DNA of 64,000 bases. Origin: Lepidodermella squamata. Taxonomy: Eukaryota > Animalia > Gastrotricha. Where the stretch lies: the NCBI GenBank assembly GCA_047495785.1, contig JBLDXI010000032.1:2232001-2296000 (forward strand), read 5' to 3'. This document shows, piece by piece, positions 49,155-60,350 of the stretch; position 1 is the stretch's first letter, and the number at the start of each line of letters is the position of its first letter. Made by a program: the position numbers and the translations under genes. The notes beneath the pieces are model-generated. The model did no database searches. It was given only the letters and a program-made list of their open reading frames with translations, and had not been told where the DNA came from.

Positions 49155-52100
49155 ATGAGTTCAACCGAGCGAGTCCCTCTTTCTGTAAGTCTTTATTCTT
49201 TTCCTGGTAACATTAATTTTTCTGTTCATGAATTTGCAGCCATCTCAAGCGAAAGATGGCGGAAAGAAAGGCGACTCGGAGGGCGGCAAGAAGCGGCTAT
49301 CCATTGAACGGATTTATCAGAAGAAATCACAATTGGAGCACATCCTGCTCCGCCCCGACACGTACATTGGTTCAGTCGAATCTGTTACGCAGTCAATGTG
49401 GGTTTTGGACGAGGCTGAGATGAAGATGGTCACGCGCGAAGTCACATTTGTTCCTGGCCTTTACAAAATTTTCGATGAAATTCTAGGTAAATATTCCCGC
49501 TATTTGAAGGGTTCCGTTCACATGAGTTTTCCCCAACGTAGTAAACGCTGCTGATAACAAACAGCGCGATCCGACGATGACTTGCATTAAGGTTGACATA
49601 AAACCTGAGGAAAACATGGTTCGTGTGTGGAACAATGGTCGCGGTATTCCGGTCACTATGCACAAGGGTGAAAATATGTACGTACCCACCATGATCTTCG
49701 GTCACTTGCTCACGTCGAGCAACTTCGATGACGATCAGAAGAAAGTTACTGGTGGTCGTAACGGTTATGGCGCCAAGCTTTGCAACGTTTTCAGTAAAAA
49801 GTTTGTCGTTGAAACCTGTTCTGTTGAATATGGCAAAAAGTTCAAACAGGTAAGAAATTAGCTAAGAATTTTTAAACTTGATCAAATTTGCTTTTATAAT
49901 TTCAGGTTTGGACGAGTAACATGGGCAGTACCACTGATGCGACGATCTCTGATATAGGCCCGAACACCGAGGACTACACATCCGTCACTTTTTACCCTGA
50001 TTTGACGAAGTTTAAAATGGATTCTCTCGACAGTGACATTGTCGCCGTTTTCACTCGCAGAGCCTATGATATCGCTGCCTCTTCTGGCTGCAAGGTCTTT
50101 TTGAACGGCAAACGCCTCGCAATCACAAATTTCAAGCAGTACATCGAATTGTTCACTAAAGATCACGTCGATGATAACGGGCAACCGTTGAAGTTGATTT
50201 ACGATAAAGTGAACCCTCGTTGGGAAGTCGCCGTCGCTCTGAGTGAAAAAGGTTTCCAGCAAGTCTCCTTTGTCAATAGCATTGCGACAACGAAAGGTGG
50301 TCGTCACGTTGACTACGTTGTCGATCAACTGACCTCGAAGCTAGCTGAAGTCGTCAAGAAGAAGAACAGCAAAAGCAGTGTTGCGGTCAAGCCGTTCCAG
50401 ATTAAAAACCACCTGTGGGTTTTCGTAAATTGCTTGATTGAAAACCCGACTTTCGACAGCCAGACCAAGGAAAACATGACCTTGCAAACAAAAGGTTTCG
50501 GCTCAAAGTGTGAACTAACCGAGGCCTTCATCAAAAACGTTCAAAAATGCGGAATTATTGAGAGTATTTTGACCTGGGTCAAGTTCAAGGAACAAGCCCA
50601 ATTGAACCAGATGTGCACTGGTCGCAAGAAGAATACTATCAAAGGAATTCCGAAATTGGACGATGCTAACGAGGCTGGAACTAAAAATTCAGATAAATGC
50701 ACGCTGATCCTTACTGAAGGAGACTCAGCCAAAACGTTGGCTGTCGCTGGCCTGTCTGTTGTCGGTCGAGACCACTACGGCGTGTTCCCACTTCGCGGTA
50801 AAGTGCTGAACGTTCGCGAAGCTTCGGCGAAGCAAATCGTCGACAATGCTGAAATCAACGCGCTGATCAAAATTTTAGGTTTGCAATACAAAATGCCGTA
50901 CGACTCGCCAGATTCGATCAAATCCCTTCGTTACGGCAAAATCATGATCATGACCGATCAGGATCAGGACGGTTCTCATATCAAAGGTCTCATCGTCAAT
51001 TTCATCCATCACAACTGGCCGAATTTGTTGAAGCACGGTTTCATTGAGCAGTTCATCACTCCGATTATCAAAGTCAGCAAGGGCAAGGATGAAAAATCGT
51101 TCTACAGTATTCCGGAATTTGATGAGTGGAAACGCGCAACTGCTAACTGGCACACCTATAAAGTGAAGTACTACAAAGGTTTGACCTCTGAGGGCTTAGG
51201 GTTTGATAAAAACTTGTAACTAATCACTTGAATTTATTTAATCTGAACACAGGTTTGGGTACCAGCACCTCAAACGAGGCTAAGGAGTACTTCAGTGACA
51301 TGGCGCGTCATCGCATCCAATTTGGCTACGGCGGTCCAAGTGACGACGAAGCGTTGTTGCTTGCCTTCTCGAAAAAGAAAATCGAAGACCGTAAGGAGTG
51401 GCTGACCAAGTGGATGGAAGACCGAAAGCGTCGATTGGACGGCGGTGAATCAGAGGTAATTGAACAAATTTTAAGGAGGAATTTTTTTTTATAGCTCATC
51501 AATTTTTCAGCTGTATTTGTACGCGAAAGACACGAAACGAGTTACTTACAACGATTTCGTCAATCGTGAGCTTATCCTCTTCAGCAATATGGATAATGAA
51601 CGTTCGATTCCTGCGCTTATGGACGGTTTGAAGCCCGGCCAACGCAAAGTTCTATTTGCGTGTCTCAAGTTGAACCAGGTGAAAGAGGTCAAGGTTGCGC
51701 AATTGGCCGGCACTGTCGCCTTTCACTCAGCCTACCACCACGGCGAGCAGTCTCTCATGTCAACAATTGTTAACCTGGCGCAAAATTTCGTTGGGTCGAA
51801 CAACGTGAATCTGTTGAAACCACTCGGTCAGTTCGGTACTCGTTTGCATGGTGGCAAAGACAGTGCCAGTGCTCGTTACATTTTCACGGCCCTATCCACG
51901 CTGACCCGGTTGATTTTCCACAAGGACGATGATGCTATCCTGCGCTATCTCTTTGACGACAATCAACGAATTGAGCCTGATTACTACGTACCAATCATTC
52001 CGATGGTGTTGGTCAACGGAGCCCAGGGCATTGGTACTGGTTGGTCGACCAATCTTCCGAATTACAACCCGCGTGAAATCGTCGCCAACATTCGTCGCAT

Positions 52101-54689
52101 GTTGAACAACGAAGCGCCTGTGCCGATGCTGCCGTGGTACAAAGGTTTCCGCGGTGAAATTCGTCAGTTGAGCGAACAGAGATTTGCGACCTTCGGCGAG
52201 GTTGCGATCATCGATGAGCAGACGATTGAAATCACCGAGTTGCCGATTGGCGTTTGGACTCAGGATTATAAGGAGAAAATTCTTGAAATCATGGTCAATG
52301 GAAATGGTGACAAAGTTCCGCCTGTTATCGATAGCTACAAGGAATATCACACCGACGTCACGGTAAATTTGCTGTTTTATGTTGTATTTAACCCAAATTA
52401 AGTCGCGATTATTGGGAACAGTTTTTGCTATTTTCCCCAAAAATTCTATATTTTGAACTTTAAAAGAAAGTCAGAAGTTTCAAATCTTTTCAATTGTGAT
52501 TCGATCATTTTATTAAAATAATCCGTTGGTTTCATTCCGGTTAGGATTCCGGTTAGGAATTTTAAAATTAAATCATTTAAAAAATTTTTAACCATAATTT
52601 TGGTTTTAAGGTTCGATTTGTGATCAAAATGACGGCAGCCAAGTTGGCTGAAATCGAGGCACAGCCCGGAAATTTCTACCGTTTCTTCAAGCTGGCAAAG
52701 ATGATCTCAACCTCCAGTATGGTCCTGTTCGATCAAAACGAGTGTCTGCGCCGGTACGCCAACGTCGAGGACATCATTAAGGAGTTCTTCGCCTACCGCC
52801 TTCAGCTGTACATCAAGCGTAAGGATTACTTGGTCGGCGCGTTGCAAGCCGAGTGCAAGAAACTTGAAAACCAGGCGCGTTTCATCCAAGAACTCATCGA
52901 TTCAAAACTCGACATTCGCCGCATGAAGCGTAAAGAACTCATCGCCCTACTCATCAAGAACAAATACGACTCAGACCCGTTGAAGCTGTGGAAGGAAGAA
53001 CAGGCGAAGAAGGAGAAGCGCGAAGTCTATGATGAGCAGGACAACAACCAGGCTGGTAACCAGGGTGAAGACGCGCCCGGTGGCGCCGGTGATAACGACG
53101 ACCCGCTTGCTATTGCTAGGCCCGGCCAGTCGAGCCACCCGGTCGCGCCTGGTCAACCCGACTTCAATTACCTGTTGACGATGCACCTGTGGTCGCTGAC
53201 CTACGAAGACATCGCCGCTTTGATGGCGCTTCGCGACAAAAAGATGAGCGAACTGGTGAAACTGCGTAAAACCACGCCGAATGAGATGTGGATTTCTGAC
53301 CTGGATAAATTTGTCGCCGAGCTTGAAGTTGTGGAGAAGGCTGAGAAACTCGCGGCTGAAGAGGCATTGACGAAGGCTGCCTCGAAACTAGCGAAAGGTG
53401 GCCGACCTGTCAAGGCGAAATTGCCTGGCGAGGATCAGTCGAAACCAGCCCCGAGTGGTCGCCGCGTCGAGCCTACGACTGATTGGCTCAAATTGGAAGG
53501 CGCCGCTCCGAAGGGTAAGGGCAAGGGCAAAACGGCCGCTCAACGCGACCTGCTCGATTTCTGGGGCCCGGGTGGTGCCGAGGGTAGTGATGCGGAGGTC
53601 GAGGCCCAAGTCGGACCAGTCCGGTCTCTGGCCGAGCGTCTGGGCCGGTCTATCGATTCGGAATCTGAACTCGGCGACGGTAAGAAGAAATCCGCGGCTA
53701 AAAAACCAGCCGGTTCGACCGCCCCTAAAAAGCCGAAAACTGAAAATGGTGATAAAGCACCAGCTGCGGCGAAAAAGCCAGCGGCGCCTAAGAAGGAATC
53801 AGCTCCGAAGAAGGACGCACCTGTGAAAAAGCGCAAAATCAACTCTGATGACGAGGACAGTTTTGAAGCCGATGACGTGATTTCGTTGGGTTCGGACGAC
53901 GACGATGACGCGCCGCGCCGTGAAATTCGTGAGCGTAAAAAAGCTGTCAATTACGCGATGTTTGACGACGATGAGGACAGCTCGTCGAAGGGTGTCTCGT
54001 CAAAGGTTGACGAAGTGGACGAAATGGAAGACGATGATGATGATTTCCAGATCGACGATGATGACGACGACGATGACTTCGCCCCGAAAAAACCTGAACC
54101 GCCGAAGGTAATTTTAACAGGATTTTCTCTAAAATTGATATTTTAAATTGATTTTATTAGGCGAAACCCGCTGCCTCAACCTCAGCTCCCAAGCCACCGG
54201 CCCCGAAACCAGCAGCATCCAAACCAGCTGCAGCGCCGAAAGAAGCAAAGCCTAAACCAGCGCCTAAGGTATTTTAGAAAAATCCGCCTTAATATTTTTC
54301 AAGAAATGATTTTTGCGTAGCCCAAAGCTGTGAAAAAGCCTTTGAGTGATGACGGCGATTCTGACTCGGATTTCGGATCCAAGAAGAAAAAGCCAGCCAA
54401 GAAGCAGTTGAGCGATGACGAAAGCGATTCAGATTTTGGCGCGAAGAAGAAGAAAAAGCCGGCGGCGGCGAAGAAACCTGCTGCGCCCAAGGCTGCCGCT
54501 GCTAGTAAGAAGAAGGCTGCTGTTGCGTCTGACGAAAGCGAGGACGAGTTCCGCCCGCCGTCCGGCTTGTCCGACGAAGTTACCGCCGAGCGGCCGAAGC
54601 GTGCGACCGCGCGGGTTGCTGCTAGCAAGTACGTTGTTGACAGCGACAGCGAAGAAAACGGCGACCTCAGTGATATCGATTACGATTGA
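49155..54689 (+). CDS. TOP2: DNA topoisomerase II
   Basis: YQKKSQLEHILLRPDTYIGS, GGRNGYGAK, TEGDSA, PLRGK, DQDQDGSH, YYKGLGT, YHHGE, catalytic SARYIFT. Acidic/Lys-rich C-terminal domain. Confidence 0.99.
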
Positions 54690-54982
54690 GCAATTGCTAT
54701 GACATTTTTGCAGCACAACGTGATGTTTTAGTGCGAACTTTTTCATTTTGCAAGATTTGATCTGATGTTAACCGGTAACGCTTATTATTCCGTTGTCTTT
54801 GTGTCTGCCTCTTTCTGTCTATTTAGCATGGCGTAAATGACGTTGCGTACTTCGTATTATTTCATTAAACATTTTGGCATTTTACCTTGTTTCGCGTGAT
54901 TTTTTCATCGGTAATTTTTAATTTCAGCTCAGCATCCTGTTGAAAACTAGCGGTTAAGTGGAAAACTGGTTCGATCCTGCAT

Positions 54983-55192
54983 GGGATATAGTGAAATCAT
55001 TACCAAATTATTGAATTCAGTACCAAGCATCATTGAATTCCGTACCAAATTATTCCAAACAGTTCCAAATCCTCAATTTAAAGACCTAGTCTTCAACCCT
55101 AACCTAGCCCTAACCCTAAGCCTTACCAGTTAAAAAACGAATAAAATGGTTAGGTATTGAATTAAATGAAATTTGGTACGTAAGATTTTCCC
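54983..55192. mobile_element. 210-bp Mutator-like MITE with 9-bp TSD and a degenerate telomeric core
   Basis: Perfect TSD ATCCTGCAT (54974-54982, 55193-55201). GGGA...TCCC termini, subterminal TACCAAAT..TGAATT repeats inverted at the right end, AACCCTAACCTAGCCCTAACCCTAA at about 55095-55119. Confidence 0.85.
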
Positions 55193-55775
55193 ATCCTGCA
55201 TTCTAACTTACAGGTATATGAGTGGAACGAATTCGGTCTATCTAAAATCGAAGCTGGAAAATGAAACATTCCATGAGTGTGTTACCGCTGGCTAGCTTAA
55301 AACAAGGGCTATCTTGGAAAATTGAATAGTTTTGAGTAGTTCCCGCTTGATAGCACCTGAATAACCGCTGTGCAGTTCCTGAATTGAACGGCTTATTCTT
55401 AGTTGCTTTCAATTTCCTTGGTTTTTCGCGAACATGAAAATGGTCACCCCAACGCAAATCCACTATTTTTATAAAACCTTCTGAGCTGATAAGCGCGACA
55501 ATAAATTGACAACAAATTACTAGTTCGGAACAAGGTTTCGAGGGTATGGAACTATGAATGCGCTGGTAAAAGGGATTCATTTGGGTATTCAAGACTCGTG
55601 TCACACGTCACATGGCGGTATTGATCACAGAAAAAACGGATGAAATACCAGTGTGTTTGAGATGCCTTTTCGTGATTAAAATAAAATCACCAACTACTCA
55701 GTGTTCAAGTTCAAGTGTTACAGTTCAGGAAATTTTCGAAAAAAGAACGTTGACCCAATTATACCAGGTCCCGCA

Positions 55776-57802
55776 TCAACCTCGATAAGTCGAAGTAGCC
55801 GATGGCGGCGGGCGGAACATCCAATCGGGCGGTTGCTGTGGTGTTGGAGCAACGGGCTCGGCACTCATCATCGACATCGGACGAAACATGCCAGGTGGTT
55901 GGAAAGCGCTATTCATGCGCGAGTCTAATGTTGCAGTGTGCATGAGTGGATGCCCAGGCGCTGTGGGTAACGGGGTGTGAGGCGCCGCCGACATCATCAT
56001 AGGTGGCGGCATATATATTTGCGGTTCGAAAGGTTCGGCGGCTGATGTCATCATTGGCACAGGGCCACGGTTCCAGCGCATCTGGCCAGCTGCATCATAC
56101 GGATTGAAGTAAGCCATTTGCTTCTGCTCATCTTCCTCTTCGCTAGAAGATGACACTAATCGCCCACCATCGTCGCGCCCATCTTCTTCTTCGTCGTCAT
56201 GCTCCTCGCCAGGATTTTTACGCTCACGGAATACCTGACAAAGCCCATGGATTTGCTCTTTGAGTGCTTCCTTTAATTAGGCAGAAAATAAAGAGCCCTC
56301 TGGCAATCGAAGATGCAAATCAATAGTCAAACCTGAATTAAACGAAGGGACATGACTAGAATTGCCATGCCGAAAACAACGTAGAACCAAAGCAATGCAA
56401 GTTTTCCAGAAGTATACTTTTCAGTATTTGTACCCACAAATCCTTGGAATATCAACTGCATTTAAAAAAACGACAAAAATTTGAAATGAAAACCTGGGAC
56501 CAAATCGCCGAAGCCGATTGTTGCAACAGTGATGAACTGTTTTAAGCCATAATTTTCGAAAAGATTCCATGGCAATATTTAAATTTACCGAGAAGTACAC
56601 ACCGTCGACGAATGACCAATTTTCTGTGACCGAGAAAATGGAGCCACCTAGAAAAATGACACTCACCAGAATCACTACGGACATGCTAACGGGTACAATG
56701 TTTTGCTCGCGCAGCTCATCTTCGGCCTCTTCCTCCGACGAATCTCCGCCCGAGTCATCCTCCAGGGCATCGATAAAAGCTGCATGGGGAGCATCTTGAG
56801 CTGTCCGCCACTGGGCTATCATGCGAGCTCGCATTTGACGCCTATGGTCAGCGTCCATTTTACTCGTGCGCCATAATTCGCAACAGCAAATCTATTGGAA
56901 GCGCATGGTACATGTTATTCAATTGCCTCTAATGCACTCACGTTGTGATAGACGTAGTGCGCGATTTCAGAAAATAGTGAGCCGACGTTATTCAACGCTG
57001 CCAGATAGATAGGTATCCCTACTACAGCAAATGCCATGACGACGCAACGCCCCCAGAAGGTCGCTGGTGCTATATAGCCGTAGCCAATAGAGGTGACAAC
57101 AGTGACGCAAAAAAAGGTTGAAGACATGTAATTCCAAGCATGATCCATCGTATCACAGTCCCGACCATTCCAGGAAGAGTTACGGAAAGACAGCATCAAT
57201 GTGTGCAGTGTGTAGTTGAACTGAGATAGACGCTCGGCTTTGGTGTACTGAAAATTTTTTGCTGTCGAATCGATGGCGGTTAAGGCTCCGTCCACGGCCA
57301 ATTTGTACTTGTCGCGATTCTACGGAAAATTACAACAATTACGAGTGCAGGTTTAGCTATATCGACAATTTAAGATTATAAAAAACGGCTGCAAAAATGA
57401 CCCTTGATCACGAATAATCCTTACCGAATTGCAAGTAGCAACTTCGTTGAAAGACTCAACGGTTGAAAACATCCACCCGCCCATAGCGCAGAACAGCATA
57501 GCGAGAGTCATAACCCCAGCAGTTTTCCCTACCCACAAGAGTATGTGACGGATGTGCTCCTTTCGCCATTTCTCCTTCAAAAACTGGTCATCCATGAAGA
57601 AAGCGGCTACCTCTTGGCTGACTTCTGGGGTGAAATCAATTGGCTTGCGGCGCCGAGTTCCATCATCAAGGTACTCCGAGTAATCCAATTCGTCAGCAAA
57701 TGCCGTATTATCATCAAATGCAAGAGCCTCGTCCGCATGCTGGTTCCGAGGTGTCATTGCCAACTTAGACCCCAACATGAAACCTCCACCGCCGGTAGCC
57801 AT
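55776..57802 (-). CDS. Two-pore-domain (K2P/TWK-like) potassium channel, multi-exon
   Basis: GGWMFSTVE, WNYMSSTFFCVTVVTSIGYG..AP.T..GR, ENWSFVDGVYF, FITVATIGFGDLVP, YVVFGMA. Confidence 0.92.
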
Positions 57803-58375
57803 TTACCACTATACCTATATAAACTTTATTCTAATACATTCAAATTCATGTTAAATGTTATAACTATGTATCACTTTTAAATTATCAAAAAGTATTTTCC
57901 CTTATACTACACGTTAAAAGTGAGCATCCTCATCCTTTCTAGTGGAGAAGGGATCAAATCTCAGCGTTGATCAAATATATCCTCTTATTACTGTCATAAA
58001 TTATTAGTCTGAATCGACGATCGAGGTTTGTTTTATCCACAATGAGCTTGGTTACGCATGAGGATGCATAAATGTTTTTGTTTTTATTGCATTTTTGGCG
58101 AAACCATAAGTATCGATTCGAATTGATTCGATAGTGGCGAGAGGGAACCCAGAAAGAATAAATAGATGAATATATCGTTAAAACAGTTTATTTGGTGGGC
58201 CTTAAATTGAGCTAGCATCGTCTCCGCGTAACGGTGTAAATGCCAAAACCACTAACACGCGGCTGCGGGATCCTTCAATCATTCAATCATTCAACTGTTT
58301 CATAGAGGAAAACTTTTGTTCAGTATGATACTGTGCCACCCCGGCCTCCCCACAATGAAAAAAATTCAATGATTA

Positions 58376-58534
58376 CAGTGAAGCCTATGATCGTGAACTC
58401 CACTTATCATGAATATAAGCTATGACGTGAACTGGGTTTCCCGGAACGGGCATCGAGTGTGAACCTCTGCTGAAAGTGAACACGAATTCCGGAATCGCGA
58501 GAGTTCACAGTCATCATCATCATACATTTCACTG
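58376..58534. mobile_element. pogo/Tc1-mariner-type MITE with TA target duplication
   Basis: TA|CAGTGAA..TATGAT..GTGAACTC ... GAGTTCAC...ATCATA..TTCACTG|TA, with internal GTGAAC repeats. Confidence 0.8.
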
Positions 58535-59039
58535 TATCTAGATAAAATTGCTACCTGGTGATCACCGATTTACATGTTGGTTGATTCCCGGCATAACTGA
58601 ACCTGCGGTAGGCGGTAACTGTCTTTTTCAGCGACAACCGAGTTGGTTACAAGTGACATTTTTACAGCCGATTAGACGAAATCAGGGAATCGACCAAAAA
58701 TTGGTTATATCCGACTTCTAGATGTACCTATTTTTATCGATTTTCCACTAGGTTTTATTCGTTCAAAACAGGCCTCATCATAAAAATAATGCACTAATTA
58801 AAGCGAATTACTAACCCTCTTGAGCTCTACAGTGCCTGTAAACATTGCAGACTCTTAATATTGCGTGAAAGAATAGCCTAATGATAGCCTGAGGATAGCC
58901 GAGGATGGTCTGAACTTGATACCAAACCCTCCACTTGAGCATTCCTTCGTGTCAGGTGATTAATAACAAGCAATAACAAGCGCATTGTAGCATGTTTGCA
59001 CGTACATTGTGTTACTCTCCCCCAAAAACAACGATCACT

Positions 59040-59392
59040 CAAGTTTTTGTGTTTTGTTCGCCACTTTGAATTTGAATCTCTGATTTCTTTGAAATCTGCC
59101 GGAATCCTCGCCTACCTCCTCACTCTGTGAAGATGAGCGCGTGTAGAAATAACCTAAGCTATAAATTCTGCTTCTCTAGGCGTGTTCGTGCTGCGTGGAA
59201 CCGTCTGTCTTCTGTTGCCGTAAATAATTCTCATCAAGTGTTCTGCAACTATATTAAACATAATTCCGCTCTATTTGATAAACATGTAACATCTGCGGTG
59301 AGGCGCCTCGAAATCACATCCTGCTGATCATTGAAATTTACCATTTGCTAGCTGTTCATTACGACTTGCAAATAAAAAATGACTATGACTTA
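59040..59392 (+). mobile_element. 5'-truncated CR1/L2-like LINE 3' remnant
   Basis: SDFFEI..NPRL..HSVKM...KFCFSRRVRAAWNRL resembles the CR1 ORF2 C-terminus (GH..KL...FFS.RV...WN.L). Ends with AATAAA and a short (ATGACT)2 tail. Boundaries approximate. Confidence 0.7.
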
Positions 59393-59879
59393 AGTCTTCT
59401 CCTCAACTTTAATAAAAAGTCAGCAGATCTCGTAGAGGTTCCAGCAAAGAATTCGGAATTTATGTATAATTAACCAATTAAAACTATTCAATAATCAAGT
59501 AATCCTTTTCCTCTAGTTGCCCATAAGTAAGTTCCGATAAGTCCGATTCGCACGCAGCGCAAAAGGCTAGAAAATGTGACTTTGATTGGTTTAACGAAGA
59601 TCTTTGCTTTGGAGCTTTTCGCGAAGCTTCGATAACTAGCTGTGATAATTCGAAACAAAAGTGTGAATCGAATAGACATTGGAACCTAAGACATCGGGAT
59701 CCAATAGACCTCGCGACTTGCGACTTCGACAAGGCGAGGCGAGATGGCGTTTTAAGCAAGAATTACTGCGGTCAAAAATACTTGCAATTGAGATAAAATA
59801 TTATTATCAAATTAAAAATATTAAGTTGTTGGTAATTATTTGCAAATTAATTTTAAAGCATTGACTTTGACACCCAGGT

Positions 59880-59885
59880 CACGTG
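59880..59885. promoter_or_regulatory. E-box (CACGTG) upstream of NOL9
   Basis: GTCACGTG in a GC-rich patch about 470 bp before the NOL9 start region. Ribosome-biogenesis genes are classical MYC E-box targets. Confidence 0.3.
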
Positions 59886-60350
59886 TCATAGGTTCCCGCG
59901 GTTGCCCGCGCGCTCAACTTCACCGTGAGAATTCACTTCATACCTGGACTGCCCGCAAGAAAAAAGGAAGAAGCCAGAAAAGAGAAGAGAGTATCTCCTC
60001 GGAGAGTGAATCCCTCCGGTGGTAGCTCCTCGGCGAGCAATTAATCGATGTAGAAGCCTTCTCCTCCGAGAGGAGGCTAGAGAAGGCTACTCTGAGGTGC
60101 CTTCTCTTAGAGTAGCGCCGATAGCACAAAATACAAAATACAAACCGGCCTGTAATTCGATGAGTCATAATTGTTACAGTGTTTGCGGTGTGCAAACTCC
60201 TTATGAAAATCACTAGGTTTTGTTATCACAGCTGTTCTTCAGGACGGTCTGAAATATCCTTCTCTTTCGTTGCCCTATTGTGTTGGTGTGATATATTTTT
60301 GCGAATTGGACATCAATTTGTGAATTTTTACTGTGCTAGGTAGTTAAAAA

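Noticed and set aside
52534-52557. (ATTCCGGTTAGG)2 as a telomere-related element
   Set aside because: A simple 12-bp tandem duplication with no TIRs or true TTAGGG units.
20364-54293. TAAGGAGG as Shine-Dalgarno sites or bacterial contamination
   Set aside because: They lie in spliceosomal introns in both orientations and not before start codons.
16693-54746. Long antisense or alternate-frame ORFs over PDIA4, septin, CRAL-TRIO, RACK1 and TOP2
   Set aside because: Shadow ORFs caused by biased codon usage in real genes, with no recognisable domains.
59484-60300. Separate gene or NOL9 5' exons
   Set aside because: Open frames lack a coherent start, splice chain or recognisable product. Left unannotated.
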